From assembly GCA_041586955.1 (NCBI GenBank), contig JBFGZE010000005.1, positions 1 through 64,000 of the forward strand: a stretch of 64,000 bases of DNA, read 5' to 3'. This DNA comes from Bacteriovoracaceae bacterium. GTDB taxonomy: Bacteria > Bdellovibrionota > Bacteriovoracia > Bacteriovoracales > Bacteriovoracaceae. The notes under the pieces are model-generated. The model saw nothing but the letters and a program-made list of their open reading frames with translations. It ran no database searches and had not been told where the DNA came from. Every line of letters starts with the position of its first letter. The first letter of the stretch is position 1. Positions 29,525-40,469 of this stretch are shown piece by piece. The position numbers and the translations under genes are program-made.

Positions 29525-29789
29525 AATTATCTCCTTACAAAGCGTTAATAACTGGTAAAATGCTTAATATTAAACCAAAACTCTATGATGCTGATCACTT
29601 AAATTCAAGACTAAAGGGGCCAAAAGCTTAATTAAAAATTAAAGTAAACTTATTTGCTGTCTTATTTTTCCGCTCCCAAAAGTCTCAAGATTTTGGGAGA
29701 ATAGGACGATAAGTGTTAATGAAATCAATAATTTTTGCGGTATACTGTCCGACTTGAGATAGTATAGTTCACAAAAAGGAGCCTTTTCT

Positions 29790-30413
29790 ATGTTTGACCC
29801 AAAAATGCACATCCCTAATCCAATCGTCATTGAACAGACATCACGGGGGGAGAGGCAATATGACATTTATTCTCGGTTAATGATTGACCGTATTGTATTT
29901 TTGGGAACACAGGTCAATGATGTGGTGGCGAACCTACTCATTGCCCAGATGCTCTTTCTTGAGCAGTCTAATCCCGAGGACCCGATTCATTTTTATATAA
30001 ATAGCCCTGGTGGCTCCGTTTATGCTGGACTTGGTATTTACGATATTATGCAACATATTTCCTGCCCAGTGCACACATACTGCGTGGGGATGGCCGCCTC
30101 CATGGGCTCTCTTCTTCTTACAGCTGGAGAACCTGGTTGTCGACATGCCCTTCCTCATAGTAGGATAATGATCCACCAGCCTCTTGGCGGTGCGAGGGGG
30201 CAATGCTCTGATATACAGATTCAGGCCAATGAAATTCAAACGCTTAAAGATCAACTGAATCAAATTTATATCAATCACTCGAGTGTCGATATGAATATGG
30301 AAAAAATTATTGCAGAGACAGATCGAGATAATTATCTCTCTCCTGACGAGGCGATTAAATTAGGTTTGATTGACCAAGTAATTGAAAAAAAGTCTAAAAA
30401 GAAAGATTCTTAA
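29790..30413 (+). CDS. clpP: ATP-dependent Clp protease proteolytic subunit
   Basis: YDIYSRL, YINSPGG, AASMG and IMIHQPLGG motifs. Confidence 0.97.
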   Translation: MFDPKMHIPNPIVIEQTSRGERQYDIYSRLMIDRIVFLGTQVNDVVANLLIAQMLFLEQSNPEDPIHFYINSPGGSVYAGLGIYDIMQHISCPVHTYCVGMAASMGSLLLTAGEPGCRHALPHSRIMIHQPLGGARGQCSDIQIQANEIQTLKDQLNQIYINHSSVDMNMEKIIAETDRDNYLSPDEAIKLGLIDQVIEKKSKKKDS

Positions 30414-30427
30414 CGAAAGGAATATAT

Positions 30428-31732
30428 ATGGCCAGAGAAAACGGCAGTTATAATAGTTCACTTCATTGTAATTTTTGTGGAAAATCACAAAAAGAAGTTA
30501 AAAAGCTTATTGCGGGACCAGGGGTCTATATTTGTGATGAGTGTATCGAACTTTGCAATGATATTATCTTTGAAGATTCAGTTAAGAATACTTCACAGCA
30601 GAGCATGGACAATGTTCCCAAGCCTCATGAAATTAAAGAGCATCTTGATGCTTACGTCATAGGGCAGGATCGCGCCAAGAAAATTATTTCTGTTGCTGTT
30701 CATAATCATTATAAAAGGGTTAGTCATGGCGGAAAGGCCAAGTCTGGCCGCGATGAAGTTGAGTTGGCGAAATCGAATATTCTTCTTGCAGGGCCTACGG
30801 GCTCAGGAAAAACATTAATCGCCCAATCATTGGCCAAATATCTCAATGTACCTTTTGCTATTGCAGATGCTACTTCTCTGACGGAAGCGGGCTATGTTGG
30901 TGAAGACGTTGAGAATATTATTTTAAATTTATTACAGGCCTGTGATTACGATATTGAAAGAGCTGAGCGTGGAATTATTTATATCGATGAGATTGATAAA
31001 ATTGCCCGCAAGTCTGAAAACCCCTCCATTACACGAGATGTTTCTGGGGAAGGTGTTCAACAAGCACTTTTAAAATTAATTGAAGGGACTGTTGCTTCGG
31101 TACCGCCAAAAGGTGGCCGTAAGCATCCTCAACAAGAATTTTTACAAGTGAATACTAAAAATATTCTTTTCATTGTCGCAGGTGCTTTTGTCGGCCTTGA
31201 AAAAATTATTGAAAAGAGAATGACTAAGCGGCCGATGGGACTTGTTGCTGAAAATAAGGAAGAAGCGGCACCATCTGTGGTTGAAAAACTTGGTGGTATT
31301 GAGGTCGAGGACTTAAGCAAATTTGGCCTTATCCCTGAGTTTATTGGCCGTTTACCGGTGAATGCTCTTCTTCAGGAATTGGATGAGGAGGCCCTTATTC
31401 AAATTTTAACGAAACCAAAAAATGCCATTACGAAGCAGTATCAACGTTTATTTGAGTTTGATGGCATTGAACTTGAGTTTGAAGAGGATGCCTTACGTGA
31501 AGTTGCCGCGACAGCTCTTAAAAAGAAAACTGGCGCCCGTGGTCTGCGTTCTATCCTAGAGCAAACTATGCTTGATGTAATGTATGATATTCCTTCAAAT
31601 GATAAAATTGCCAAGGTGATTATTAGTAAAGAATCGATTGAAGGGAAGTGCCAGCCTACTCTGGTTGAAGGTGAAAGAAAAGATATCTCCAAGGTCCAGA
31701 CTGGTTTTAAAGCAAAAGAAACTGGCTCATAA
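30428..31732 (+). CDS. clpX: ATP-dependent Clp protease ATP-binding subunit ClpX
   Basis: C4 zinc finger, [19 protein letters not shown] and GGRKHP. The ClpP-docking loop reads PMGL rather than IGF. Confidence 0.97.
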   Translation: MARENGSYNSSLHCNFCGKSQKEVKKLIAGPGVYICDECIELCNDIIFEDSVKNTSQQSMDNVPKPHEIKEHLDAYVIGQDRAKKIISVAVHNHYKRVSHGGKAKSGRDEVELAKSNILLAGPTGSGKTLIAQSLAKYLNVPFAIADATSLTEAGYVGEDVENIILNLLQACDYDIERAERGIIYIDEIDKIARKSENPSITRDVSGEGVQQALLKLIEGTVASVPPKGGRKHPQQEFLQVNTKNILFIVAGAFVGLEKIIEKRMTKRPMGLVAENKEEAAPSVVEKLGGIEVEDLSKFGLIPEFIGRLPVNALLQELDEEALIQILTKPKNAITKQYQRLFEFDGIELEFEEDALREVAATALKKKTGARGLRSILEQTMLDVMYDIPSNDKIAKVIISKESIEGKCQPTLVEGERKDISKVQTGFKAKETGS

Positions 31733-31752
31733 AAATAAAAATAAATTTCAAC

Positions 31753-31787
31753 AAAAAAAAGCTGTCATTTCGTGGCAGCTTTTTTTT
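31753..31787 (+). terminator. Rho-independent (bidirectional-type) terminator after clpX
   Basis: A8-GCTGTCA-loop-TGGCAGC-T8. Confidence 0.85.
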
Positions 31788-31990
31788 GTCTATTTTTTCT
31801 TAAATTCCAGCATTTTATGGCCATCCAACTGATTGAAATCACCGGTTTTTGTTGAGTCTTTTCAGGGGAGGGGCAATTTCCTCCGAGAAATATTTTTTGA
31901 ACCAGTCACATAATCACGGTAGAATTAAATATGGACTCTGCAAGATGAAGGGTCGATATTGAAAGATTATTTGGCGGTACAGGAGGTGCT

Positions 31991-34402
31991 ATGCCAAACA
32001 CTAGGTCAGAAAATTCCAAAAGATACCCATTACTCCCATTACGTGATGTCATTATTTTTCCCCATATGGTTGTGCCTTTATTTGTCGGCCGGGAAAAATC
32101 AATTGCAGCTCTCGAAGAGGCAGCTGCTAATGGCAATGAATTATTTTTGGTCACGCAAAAAGATGCTAGCATCTTAAATCCAGATCGTGAGGATATTTAC
32201 GATGTGGGGACAGTGGTTAATATTATTCAAATGCTAAGGCTCCCTGACAATACGGTTAAAGTGCTAATTGAAGGGAAGTATCGCGCAACACTGAAAGGCT
32301 TTGAAGCGAATAATAATGGTTATTGGGGCGAGGTCGAAAAATGTGTCGGTCTGGTGGATAATCAAGTTAATCTTGAGGCCACTGTTCGCTCGATTAAAAA
32401 TGTTTTTGAACAATATGTGAAACTGAATAAAAGAATTCCACCAGAGTTATTGATGAGTATTTCTTCAATAACGGATGCCTCACGTTTAGCAGATATTATT
32501 GTTGCTCACCTGACAATGAAGATTCCTGAAAAACAAAAAATTCTTGAAGCTATTAATGTTGAAGATCGCCTCGCTCTTCTTTTAGAAAAGATGCAAGGGG
32601 AGATTGAGATCATTAATGTCGAGAGACGAATCCGGACTCGCGTTAAATCGCAAATGGAAAAATCTCAAAAAGAGTATTATTTGAATGAGCAAATGAATGC
32701 TATTCAAAAAGAGCTTGGTCAAAAAGATGACAAATCCGAAATGCAAGAAATGGAGGAGCGATTAGAGGCCAAGCATATGCCGAAAGAGGCAAAAGATAAA
32801 ACGAGAAAAGAAATTAAGAAATTAAAATCGATGTCACCTATGTCTGCAGAGGCGGCGGTCGTTCGCAATTATATCGATTGGATGCTTCATCTTCCTTGGC
32901 AAGAGTATACCGTGGACGATAATTCAGTTCCTCATGCCAGAGAAGTTCTTGATGAACACCATTTTGGAATGAAAGATGTTAAAGATAGAATCGTTGAATA
33001 TTTGGCGGTTCGGTCTTTGTTAAAAGAAGAAGGGAAGGGAACGATACTATGCTTAGCTGGTCCTCCAGGCGTTGGTAAAACATCAATTGCCCGTTCACTT
33101 GCAGATTCCCTTGGCCGAAAATTTCACCGTATTTCTCTTGGGGGTGTCCGGGATGAATCTGAAATTCGTGGCCATAGAAGAACTTATGTCGGTGCTATGC
33201 CTGGGAAAATTATGAATGCTTTAAAGAAGGCGGGGAGCTCTAACCCTGTTATTCTTTTAGATGAAATTGATAAAATGAGTTCTGATATGCGTGGTGATCC
33301 AGCTTCGGCGATGCTTGAAGTCCTTGATCCCGAGCAAAATAAGAGTTTTGGCGATCATTATATTGAAGTGGAATATGACCTTTCTAAAGTTATGTTTATT
33401 ATGACTGCCAATGATCTAAGTCGAGTACCTGGGCCCTTACGTGATCGAATGGAAATTATCCATCTTTCTGGGTATACTCCGCAAGAAAAATTACAAATCG
33501 GTAAACGCTATCTTCTCAAAAAGGCGATCAAGAATAATGGTCTGACTAATTACGAAGTCTCTATCGGTGACAAGGCCATGGTTGATGTCGTACGCGGTTA
33601 TACAAAAGAAGCCGGTGTTCGTGAGTTTGAGCGTTTGCTCAATACTGTTTGCCGTAAAATTGCCACTGAAGTCGTTGAAAAAGAATATGAAGAAGGGAAG
33701 AAGTTTACTGTTACTCCTAAGCAATTAAAAAAATTCCTAGGTCCCAAGAAATGTGATGGCACGGAGATTGAAGCTGAACCTCAAGTTGGGCTTGTTAATG
33801 GTCTCGCGTGGACTTCTGTTGGTGGTGAACTTCTCAATATTGAAGTGGTTACTGTTCCTGGAAAGGGATCCATTCAAATTACCGGTAAATTGGGTGAAGT
33901 TATGCAAGAGTCGGCGAGAGCTGCTTTAAGTTATGTGCGCTCAATCAGTGATAAATTGGGAATTTTACCAGAATGGTATGATAAAAATGATATCCATATC
34001 CACGTACCAGAAGGGGCGACGCCAAAAGACGGACCTTCTGCTGGTGTCACGATGGTGACGGCCCTAACCTCTGCGATTACTGGGATTAAAGTACACCAAA
34101 CCATAGCAATGACAGGAGAGGTAACCATTCGCGGCCGTGTTCTTCCTATCGGTGGCCTAAAAGAAAAACTATTGGCCGCTAAACAAGCTGGTGTGACGAA
34201 AGTTCTCATTCCCATGAAAAACAAAAAAGACCTTTCGGAAATTCCCGCAGAAATCATGAATGGTATAGAGGTGATTCCCTGCTACCATGTGGAAGAAGTA
34301 TTAAAAACTGCCTTAGAGTTATCTCAACCTGAAAAATTTATGCGGGTTGTTGGACTTAAAGTATTGGAGGGCGACCCTACTAATATGGAAGTCGCAAATT
34401 AG
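31991..34402 (+). CDS. lon: ATP-dependent protease La
   Basis: LPLRD N-domain, GPPGVGKT, RGHRRTYVGAMPG, PKDGPSAG and GGLKEK motifs. Confidence 0.97.
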   Translation: MPNTRSENSKRYPLLPLRDVIIFPHMVVPLFVGREKSIAALEEAAANGNELFLVTQKDASILNPDREDIYDVGTVVNIIQMLRLPDNTVKVLIEGKYRATLKGFEANNNGYWGEVEKCVGLVDNQVNLEATVRSIKNVFEQYVKLNKRIPPELLMSISSITDASRLADIIVAHLTMKIPEKQKILEAINVEDRLALLLEKMQGEIEIINVERRIRTRVKSQMEKSQKEYYLNEQMNAIQKELGQKDDKSEMQEMEERLEAKHMPKEAKDKTRKEIKKLKSMSPMSAEAAVVRNYIDWMLHLPWQEYTVDDNSVPHAREVLDEHHFGMKDVKDRIVEYLAVRSLLKEEGKGTILCLAGPPGVGKTSIARSLADSLGRKFHRISLGGVRDESEIRGHRRTYVGAMPGKIMNALKKAGSSNPVILLDEIDKMSSDMRGDPASAMLEVLDPEQNKSFGDHYIEVEYDLSKVMFIMTANDLSRVPGPLRDRMEIIHLSGYTPQEKLQIGKRYLLKKAIKNNGLTNYEVSIGDKAMVDVVRGYTKEAGVREFERLLNTVCRKIATEVVEKEYEEGKKFTVTPKQLKKFLGPKKCDGTEIEAEPQVGLVNGLAWTSVGGELLNIEVVTVPGKGSIQITGKLGEVMQESARAALSYVRSISDKLGILPEWYDKNDIHIHVPEGATPKDGPSAGVTMVTALTSAITGIKVHQTIAMTGEVTIRGRVLPIGGLKEKLLAAKQAGVTKVLIPMKNKKDLSEIPAEIMNGIEVIPCYHVEEVLKTALELSQPEKFMRVVGLKVLEGDPTNMEVAN

Positions 34403-34426
34403 TAATAAATTACATTTCAATTACTT

Positions 34427-34453
34427 GGCCCCTCTTTTAGAGGGGTTTTTTTT
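34427..34453 (+). terminator. Rho-independent terminator after lon
   Basis: CCCCTC-loop-GAGGGG followed by T8. Confidence 0.8.
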
Positions 34454-34454
34454 A

Positions 34455-34483
34455 TTGACGAATGAACTCAGTTTTATTAAATT
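34455..34483 (+). promoter_or_regulatory. Sigma70-type promoter of tRNA-Val
   Basis: TTGACG-17 nt-TAAATT. Confidence 0.65.
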
Positions 34484-34497
34484 AGGTTTTCCATTAG

Positions 34498-34573
34498 GGG
34501 CGTATAGCTCAGCTGGGAGAGCGCTACCCTTACAAGGTAGATGTCGGCAGTTCGATCCTGTCTACGCCCACCA
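34498..34573 (+). tRNA. tRNA-Val (TAC)
   Basis: Acceptor stem GGGCGTA/TACGCCC, anticodon arm CTACC-CT TAC AA-GGTAG, T-loop GTTCGAT, encoded CCA. Confidence 0.97.
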
Positions 34574-34581
34574 AATTTTTT

Positions 34582-34611
34582 AAAAAAGACCCTTATTGGG
34601 TCTTTTTTTTT
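34582..34611 (+). terminator. Terminator after tRNA-Val
   Basis: AAAAAAGACCC-loop-GGGTCTTTTTT. Confidence 0.85.
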
Positions 34612-34858
34612 GCTTCACCAATTCCCTCTCTACTCAATAAAACTGCTTTTCCTTCGTGTTTATGATAGAATTTCCACCAATTAGGTCCCTTTTTCATAGG
34701 CCTTATAAGCTTAATTGATTCTCTAATCACCAGATTGTTAAGAATATTTCCAATGGTAATGTTGATGGTAAATTAGATGTTTAGGTAAAAGGACTTTTAT
34801 TGACCCATGGTGTGGAGGTCAGAATGTGTAAAAATATACTTTTCGTTTAGGGTTTTAA

Positions 34859-36328
34859 ATGAAAAAACACTCGAAAAAATTTCGTTTTTTTTCCATTAGG
34901 CGCAAGTTATTGTTCTTGATTGTGATAACTAGTGCTTGTATTACGACGGCCTTGACCGCCGTTACTTATTATATTGATTACCGTAATGAAGTTAAAAATC
35001 AAAATATCAACCTATCTCAAATTGAATCAACGACTGTTAAATCTCTGAATAAGGCCTTGTGGCATGTCGATGATGAATTGGTGGCAACCTTGATTAATGG
35101 CCTGCTTGAGGTGCAGGATATTGTCCATGTTGAGGCCCGTGATCAGCGGGGTCAATTAATTCATTTGGCAGAAAAAAAATCAGATAAAGATGAAAAAGAA
35201 AAGGTGAATCAGTATTTACGCATTATTAATTATTCTTTAATTCATGCGACAAGCGGTGGTGAGGAACGACTGGGAACACTCTCTGTCCATATTACAAATT
35301 ATTATCTTTACACTCGACTGCTCAAGCGAATAGTCATTTTCTTTATCGTCGAGGGGCTTAAGGTTCTCGTTATTTCTCTCATTATGTTCTTTATTTTTAA
35401 TTTTTATGTCACTCGCCATTTACATCAAATATCCCGCCACTTTTTACCTAAGGACAATCAAGGCGATAGGGAGTTTTCTCCTTTTCAACTCAAGCGTGAG
35501 AGCAAGAAAAAAGAGGATGAGTTGGATATAGTCGTGAACACCTTTAATGAAATGGTCGAAGTGATCAATAGGAATTCAATACAGCTTAAAAAGGAAATAG
35601 AGGATAGAAATGAATTTTTGAGTCAGACCACTCACTTAATCGGTCTAGGAGAATTGGCCGGTAGTGTTGGTCACCAGATTAATGGCCCTCTTATGATGAT
35701 TCATGGTTATGTCAAAAAAATTCAAAACTATAGTGTGACTAGAGAGGACCCGCAGGATAGGGAAGTTCTTATCGATGCCAGCAATAAAGTATTGGGGGCG
35801 GTTGATCGAATTACCAATGTCGCCAAAAGCTTGCGTCATTTAGCTCATCTTAATACCCGTGAAGAGATTAAATCACAAGAAATCGGTCTTTTAATGGAAG
35901 ATGTTCGCGCCTTGGCCGAAGAAAAACTAAGCGGAAGCGATATCTCCTTTAGAGTTGAGTTTTATCATCTTGATGCATCTTTTTCATTTCCCTATCGTCG
36001 TACTCAAGTCGCTCAGATCTTAATTAACCTTTTTAATAATGCTTATTTTGAAGTTTCTAATTTAGAAAATTCCTGGATTCATTTTCAAGTGACGAAAGAC
36101 GATAAATTCCTCTATCTCTCAGTGGTTGATTCGGGGAAGGGAATTCCTAGTGAATTCAAGGACAAAATTTTTGATCCTTTTTTTACGACGAGGCCATCTG
36201 GAGCTAGGCGGGGTGTTGGTCTGAATTTGGCCAAAAATATTATGTCTCAGCATAATGGGGAAATATATTTTGATGAAAGCAGTCCTCATACAAAAATTAC
36301 CCTTAAGTTTCCTTTAGTTGTAAATTAA
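34859..36328 (+). CDS. Membrane sensor histidine kinase (periplasmic sensor, HAMP, HisKA, HATPase), orphan
   Basis: Two TM segments, DEL, H-box GHQINGPL, NLFNNA, DSGKGI, FDPFFTT and GVGL. Confidence 0.9.
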   Translation: MKKHSKKFRFFSIRRKLLFLIVITSACITTALTAVTYYIDYRNEVKNQNINLSQIESTTVKSLNKALWHVDDELVATLINGLLEVQDIVHVEARDQRGQLIHLAEKKSDKDEKEKVNQYLRIINYSLIHATSGGEERLGTLSVHITNYYLYTRLLKRIVIFFIVEGLKVLVISLIMFFIFNFYVTRHLHQISRHFLPKDNQGDREFSPFQLKRESKKKEDELDIVVNTFNEMVEVINRNSIQLKKEIEDRNEFLSQTTHLIGLGELAGSVGHQINGPLMMIHGYVKKIQNYSVTREDPQDREVLIDASNKVLGAVDRITNVAKSLRHLAHLNTREEIKSQEIGLLMEDVRALAEEKLSGSDISFRVEFYHLDASFSFPYRRTQVAQILINLFNNAYFEVSNLENSWIHFQVTKDDKFLYLSVVDSGKGIPSEFKDKIFDPFFTTRPSGARRGVGLNLAKNIMSQHNGEIYFDESSPHTKITLKFPLVVN

Positions 36329-36434
36329 TGAAATTTTTTAAGAATGAAATTTCCATCTTCTCATTTGTCTAAAATATCTTTGACGGGCCCTTTGTGAAAG
36401 TCATAACATAAAAGTCGATTATATGGAGGTGATG

Positions 36435-37268
36435 ATGCGCATACCTATGTCTATTTCATTTTTATTGATTCTCTTGTTTACGGGGAATACTTCCGCTGCT
36501 GTGAGTATGGTTAATGTCGATCAGGTAGACGTCGATGGGATTGCCAAAGAATTTTCAGCAAATTTTCTCCATATTCCGGTGACTCCACCTCACCCTTTAG
36601 GCCAAATCTTTGGCCTTGAAATAGGAATCGTGGCCGGGATTACTAAATCACCTTATCTCAATAACCTTATTCAAGAAGCGGATAATACTGCAAATGAACT
36701 TACCGATATTGCTCATGCTAATGTTTTAGGGAGTATTAGTTTACCCTATGGAATAACGGGAGAGCTTTTAATTTTGCCAGCTCTCAACGCCTCTGGTTTG
36801 AGTTTAAGCAATACTAGTTTTGGGTTTAAATGGACCTTTTCTGAATTGATGAAATCGCCGATCGACTTGGCGATGAGGCTTCATTTGGCGACCAATGAAA
36901 TTTCCTTTGAACAGACCATTAATAATTCTTCATCAGGAAATATACCTGTAAAAGCGGTCGTTGCCTGGGACACTCGCATTTATGGAATTGATTTTATGAT
37001 TGGAAAAGATATGACTCTCATTGAACCATTTTTTGGGATGGGCTTTGCCAAATCTAAAACGGATATCAGTATTGAGGCCTCGGGGACGGCCACTATTTTT
37101 GATAGCTCTCTAACAGTGAAGGACAATCAGGGAGCGGAATCCGATAATTCGTCGATCCATTTTTTTGCCGGAGTTCAATTAGATTTGCCACTCCTTAATA
37201 TTGCCGCCCAGTACGACCGGGTTTTTGGTACGAATAGTTATACTGGTAAGTTCAGTCTGTCATTTTAG
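36435..37268 (+). CDS. Outer-membrane beta-barrel protein
   Basis: GGAGG RBS, signal peptide, beta-strands, C-terminal YTGKFSLSF. Confidence 0.65.
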   Translation: MRIPMSISFLLILLFTGNTSAAVSMVNVDQVDVDGIAKEFSANFLHIPVTPPHPLGQIFGLEIGIVAGITKSPYLNNLIQEADNTANELTDIAHANVLGSISLPYGITGELLILPALNASGLSLSNTSFGFKWTFSELMKSPIDLAMRLHLATNEISFEQTINNSSSGNIPVKAVVAWDTRIYGIDFMIGKDMTLIEPFFGMGFAKSKTDISIEASGTATIFDSSLTVKDNQGAESDNSSIHFFAGVQLDLPLLNIAAQYDRVFGTNSYTGKFSLSF

Positions 37269-37322
37269 ACAACGTTGTGGGTATCGCAGCGGAAAATTTG
37301 ACAGACATGAATCTACCTTTTG

Positions 37323-38444
37323 TCACTTTGCGATTAGGTAATAAATTTGGCCTTGGGTGTTAAGAAAATTGGCCGCTAATTCACCTACTCGGCCAACGCC
37401 AAAGTAAAGATCGGCCCGTGCCTTTCCTTTAATCGCTCCTCCTGTATCTTGATCAAGAAAAAAACGAGAAAAGCGACGATAGTGGACACCTTTGCCAGTG
37501 CGATAAGGCTTTTTGGCCTCGACAAAGCTTAAGAGACCTTTTTGGCGGTAGAGGACTCTGTCTTGGGCCAGTGAACGCATATCGGTGAGTGGAATGTCAT
37601 TTAGACCAACCGGCGGCGTTTTTGTGATTTTAAAGTAAACATAAGAGGGACAGCTGCCATAGATCTCCTCCCAGAGTTGAGGGTTTTTACTTAGAAATTG
37701 ACGTTGACCTTCAACATCGCCCTTTTTGATATAACCTTGATCTTTCATATAGCGGCTAATGAAGTTCCATCTCATTTTATTTGTACCAGCATAACTTAAA
37801 TAAAAATTTGACCTTTGAGGATCGTCTTGAACTGTAACCATGCCACCGCCTTCTATGTGAAGCAAGTAAAGAGAAAAAAGGTCTTTGGCATAAAATAATT
37901 CTAGTTTTTGACCTTTTAATTTTTTTAAGAAGTCAATTTCGACACGACTGAACTTTGTCGCCTGCCCATTTTTGGGATAAGCATAGATAGGATAAGGATA
38001 GTTAGGGTGAGGTTTTTTCGTGACCATAAGGTTGGGGCTATAATAAGCGGTAAAATGCGCTTGGGGTTTTTCATCACTTTGGTAATCTGGGCGGTAGAGA
38101 TTGAAGTTTGCCTTAATTTGGTTATTTAATTGAGTGAGGCATTCACTTTTTAAGTTTTGACAAGCATGATAATTGCTGATCATTTTTTTAAAAGTTAGAA
38201 TTGTTTTTTTCAAATGAGATTTTTGATAAACCTTAGTTCCTAGACGTATTGTTCCTTTTAAACCTGTTCGCTTAAACCCTGCGAGCTGTCGTTCAATCGC
38301 AACATCCAGGCCATGAAAGTCGTAATCATCTGTAAACTGAGGGAAGGTATATTGTCGCTTGGTGGGAGTAATATCGTTTTTGATTATTGCCTGTAGATTA
38401 ATACAATTTGCTGCTATCAGTATAGCAAGTAAGATTTTCTTCAT
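37323..38444 (-). CDS. mltA: Lytic murein transglycosylase A (MltA + 3D domains)
   Basis: FTAYYSP, IEGGG, YAGTN, PSYVYF and DQDTGGAIKG..RADLYFG motifs. Start ATG 38444 behind GGAGG. Confidence 0.88.
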   Translation of the reverse strand: MKKILLAILIAANCINLQAIIKNDITPTKRQYTFPQFTDDYDFHGLDVAIERQLAGFKRTGLKGTIRLGTKVYQKSHLKKTILTFKKMISNYHACQNLKSECLTQLNNQIKANFNLYRPDYQSDEKPQAHFTAYYSPNLMVTKKPHPNYPYPIYAYPKNGQATKFSRVEIDFLKKLKGQKLELFYAKDLFSLYLLHIEGGGMVTVQDDPQRSNFYLSYAGTNKMRWNFISRYMKDQGYIKKGDVEGQRQFLSKNPQLWEEIYGSCPSYVYFKITKTPPVGLNDIPLTDMRSLAQDRVLYRQKGLLSFVEAKKPYRTGKGVHYRRFSRFFLDQDTGGAIKGKARADLYFGVGRVGELAANFLNTQGQIYYLIAK

Positions 38445-38714
38445 TTGACCTCCAAAATTACAGTATAAAGGGAGAAATAGAAGAAAAAAAGACGAGCGAA
38501 TTACTTTATAATTTTCAAGCCTAGGTTTTAAAAATAAACGGCTGAGAGCGAGCATAAGAGGCCATGTCAGTTGCAATTAAAGAGATCGACTCTAAGGCGC
38601 CCCCATAGATATACTGCTGTCCGATATTACTATAACTGATGGGTCTTCTCGCGTAAATGACGCAACCGTTTCACTTTATGATCAAAGTTCCAAAAACCTG
38701 CACTGCGGGGACCG

Positions 38715-39659
38715 TTATTGGTTCAAGTAGTCCTTAACAGAAGGGGATTCAGGGAATAGTAGGTGACTCGATTTATAGCTTATTATGGCGAGGGGGAGTG
38801 CTGAAAAAAGATCAAGGGAATAATGATAGCGTAATGCCAGGGTCGCTAAACAAATGGATAGCATAATTAACACCATCATGAAGCGGTGAGGATGATTAAT
38901 TTTAAAAAACCATATTGTGACTAAAGAGGCGATACCTAAATGTCCACTGGGATAACAATCAATATAGGTCGAATGACTATCTTGTATCAGCTGATAAATG
39001 AATTGACCGATGAACCCAAAGGGAATAGGGCGAATAAATTGATCGGCCAAAAAATATTGCGGGCCTGTCACTGGCACAAAAAGATAAAGTAAATAATTGA
39101 AGGAATAAAAAATAATAAGGCTCGAGAAATATCGGCCCATTTTATATTTTTTGGAACTCGCCAGAATATGATAATAAACCCATGCGCCATAAAGAGGAAT
39201 AAAGAAATAAAGGGCATAGTTGATAATGAGGTAATCATAGATGAAAGAACCCATAGTACCCATTGGGCGTAAGACTTGATCAATCAACTCTGCTGCCTGT
39301 TGACCAAAAAGCCATTGATCAAAGGCGACAAAAAAAGTATCCAGCCGCGGTAATTGCCCAAAAAGTTGATCAATTCTACCTATTAAAAGGTAATTCCAAA
39401 CAATGGTGAAAGCAATAACAATGACATTTAAAAGAGCAATAAACCATCCCGGTCTATTTCTAATAATTTTCCATCTCAGGAAATAAAAGATAAGTCCTAA
39501 AAGAATGGGGATCACGCACATTTTATAGTAGCTACCAGTTTGAATATAGACGGCAAATAGCAAAAATAAATTAAGGCCAATCAGAAAGAGAATATTTCTC
39601 CCCATTCCGAAATCAAGGCGGGATCTCTCCCAGGATTTTTGGATTTGGTACTCAAACAT
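38715..39659 (-). CDS. PAP2-superfamily integral membrane phosphotransferase (AUR1/IPC-synthase-like)
   Basis: Multiple TM segments; PVTGP, DCYPSGH and RYHYSLD motifs. Confidence 0.8.
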   Translation of the reverse strand: MFEYQIQKSWERSRLDFGMGRNILFLIGLNLFLLFAVYIQTGSYYKMCVIPILLGLIFYFLRWKIIRNRPGWFIALLNVIVIAFTIVWNYLLIGRIDQLFGQLPRLDTFFVAFDQWLFGQQAAELIDQVLRPMGTMGSFIYDYLIINYALYFFIPLYGAWVYYHILASSKKYKMGRYFSSLIIFYSFNYLLYLFVPVTGPQYFLADQFIRPIPFGFIGQFIYQLIQDSHSTYIDCYPSGHLGIASLVTIWFFKINHPHRFMMVLIMLSICLATLALRYHYSLDLFSALPLAIISYKSSHLLFPESPSVKDYLNQ

Positions 39660-39680
39660 CCGCTCTATTTTAGCACAGTT

Positions 39681-40361
39681 TTATTTAATTAAAGAAATCA
39701 TCTTTGAAGGGTAGTCACTGCCAAAATAATCAATTGGATATGAGCTTAATTGATTGAAAAGTATTTCATCGTTAATATTCCACACGGTGACACAAAGGCC
39801 CTGATCCTTCACTTCCTGGCATAATTGGCGGTCAAGAGTGGCGACAGAGATGGAAAGGCCATCGGCCTTGGCGCTATTAATTATTTCCACCGGATTGATG
39901 GGGAGCCCATAGAGCAAGATAAGGGTTTTTATCTCTGGGCATAATTCTTTAATTGTTAATAAAAACCGGTGATTAAAGGCGATAACATAAACTTGATCAA
40001 CGAGATTAAAGTGTTTAATCGCTTGGATCACTAATTGCTCACAATGGTCGGCCTTAATTTCGATCATAAGAACAATTGACGTATCTTTGAAGAGCTCTAA
40101 AACTTCAATCAATTCAGGGATACGCTCGCCATCTCCGGCATCCAATTGCTTTAATTCCTCCATGGTGAAGTCTTTAACCTGGCCATGGCCATTTGTCGTG
40201 CGATCGAGGGTATGGTCGTGAATTACGGCCAGGCGGCCACAGCGCGTGCGGTGGACGTCAATCTCAATCGCTTTAACACCAGCGTTGAGTGCCAATTGGA
40301 TACCCTTAAGGGTATTTTCTGGTGCCTCTGATTTTGCGCCGCGATGTCCCATAACTTGCAT
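39681..40361 (-). CDS. Glycerophosphodiester phosphodiesterase (GDPD)
   Basis: GHRGA...PENT, EIDVH, HD.TLDRTTNG, IEIK and SDYP motifs. Confidence 0.92.
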   Translation of the reverse strand: MQVMGHRGAKSEAPENTLKGIQLALNAGVKAIEIDVHRTRCGRLAVIHDHTLDRTTNGHGQVKDFTMEELKQLDAGDGERIPELIEVLELFKDTSIVLMIEIKADHCEQLVIQAIKHFNLVDQVYVIAFNHRFLLTIKELCPEIKTLILLYGLPINPVEIINSAKADGLSISVATLDRQLCQEVKDQGLCVTVWNINDEILFNQLSSYPIDYFGSDYPSKMISLIK

Positions 40362-40469
40362 AAATAACTCCCTTATAGTCGTTACATCGTAGAGAAAAAA
40401 GAATTTTCTATCTATATAAAATAGGGTAATTCCATATAAATAACGAAAATTTTAGGCGGAGTTAGACCA

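Noticed and set aside
34347..34583. 78-aa ORF spanning the lon end and the tRNA
   Set aside because: It overlaps a terminator, a promoter and tRNA-Val, so it is spurious.
34498..36328. tRNA-Val as integration site of a genomic island
   Set aside because: No integrase, and I did not see a duplicated tRNA 3' end in the window.
38577..38714. Intergenic stretch between PAP2 and mltA considered as 6S RNA, tmRNA or riboswitch (ends partly complementary: CCCCGCAG / CTATGGGG on the minus strand)
   Set aside because: No convincing tRNA-like ends, tag peptide or long 6S-type duplex could be built by eye. An Rfam/Infernal scan would be needed.
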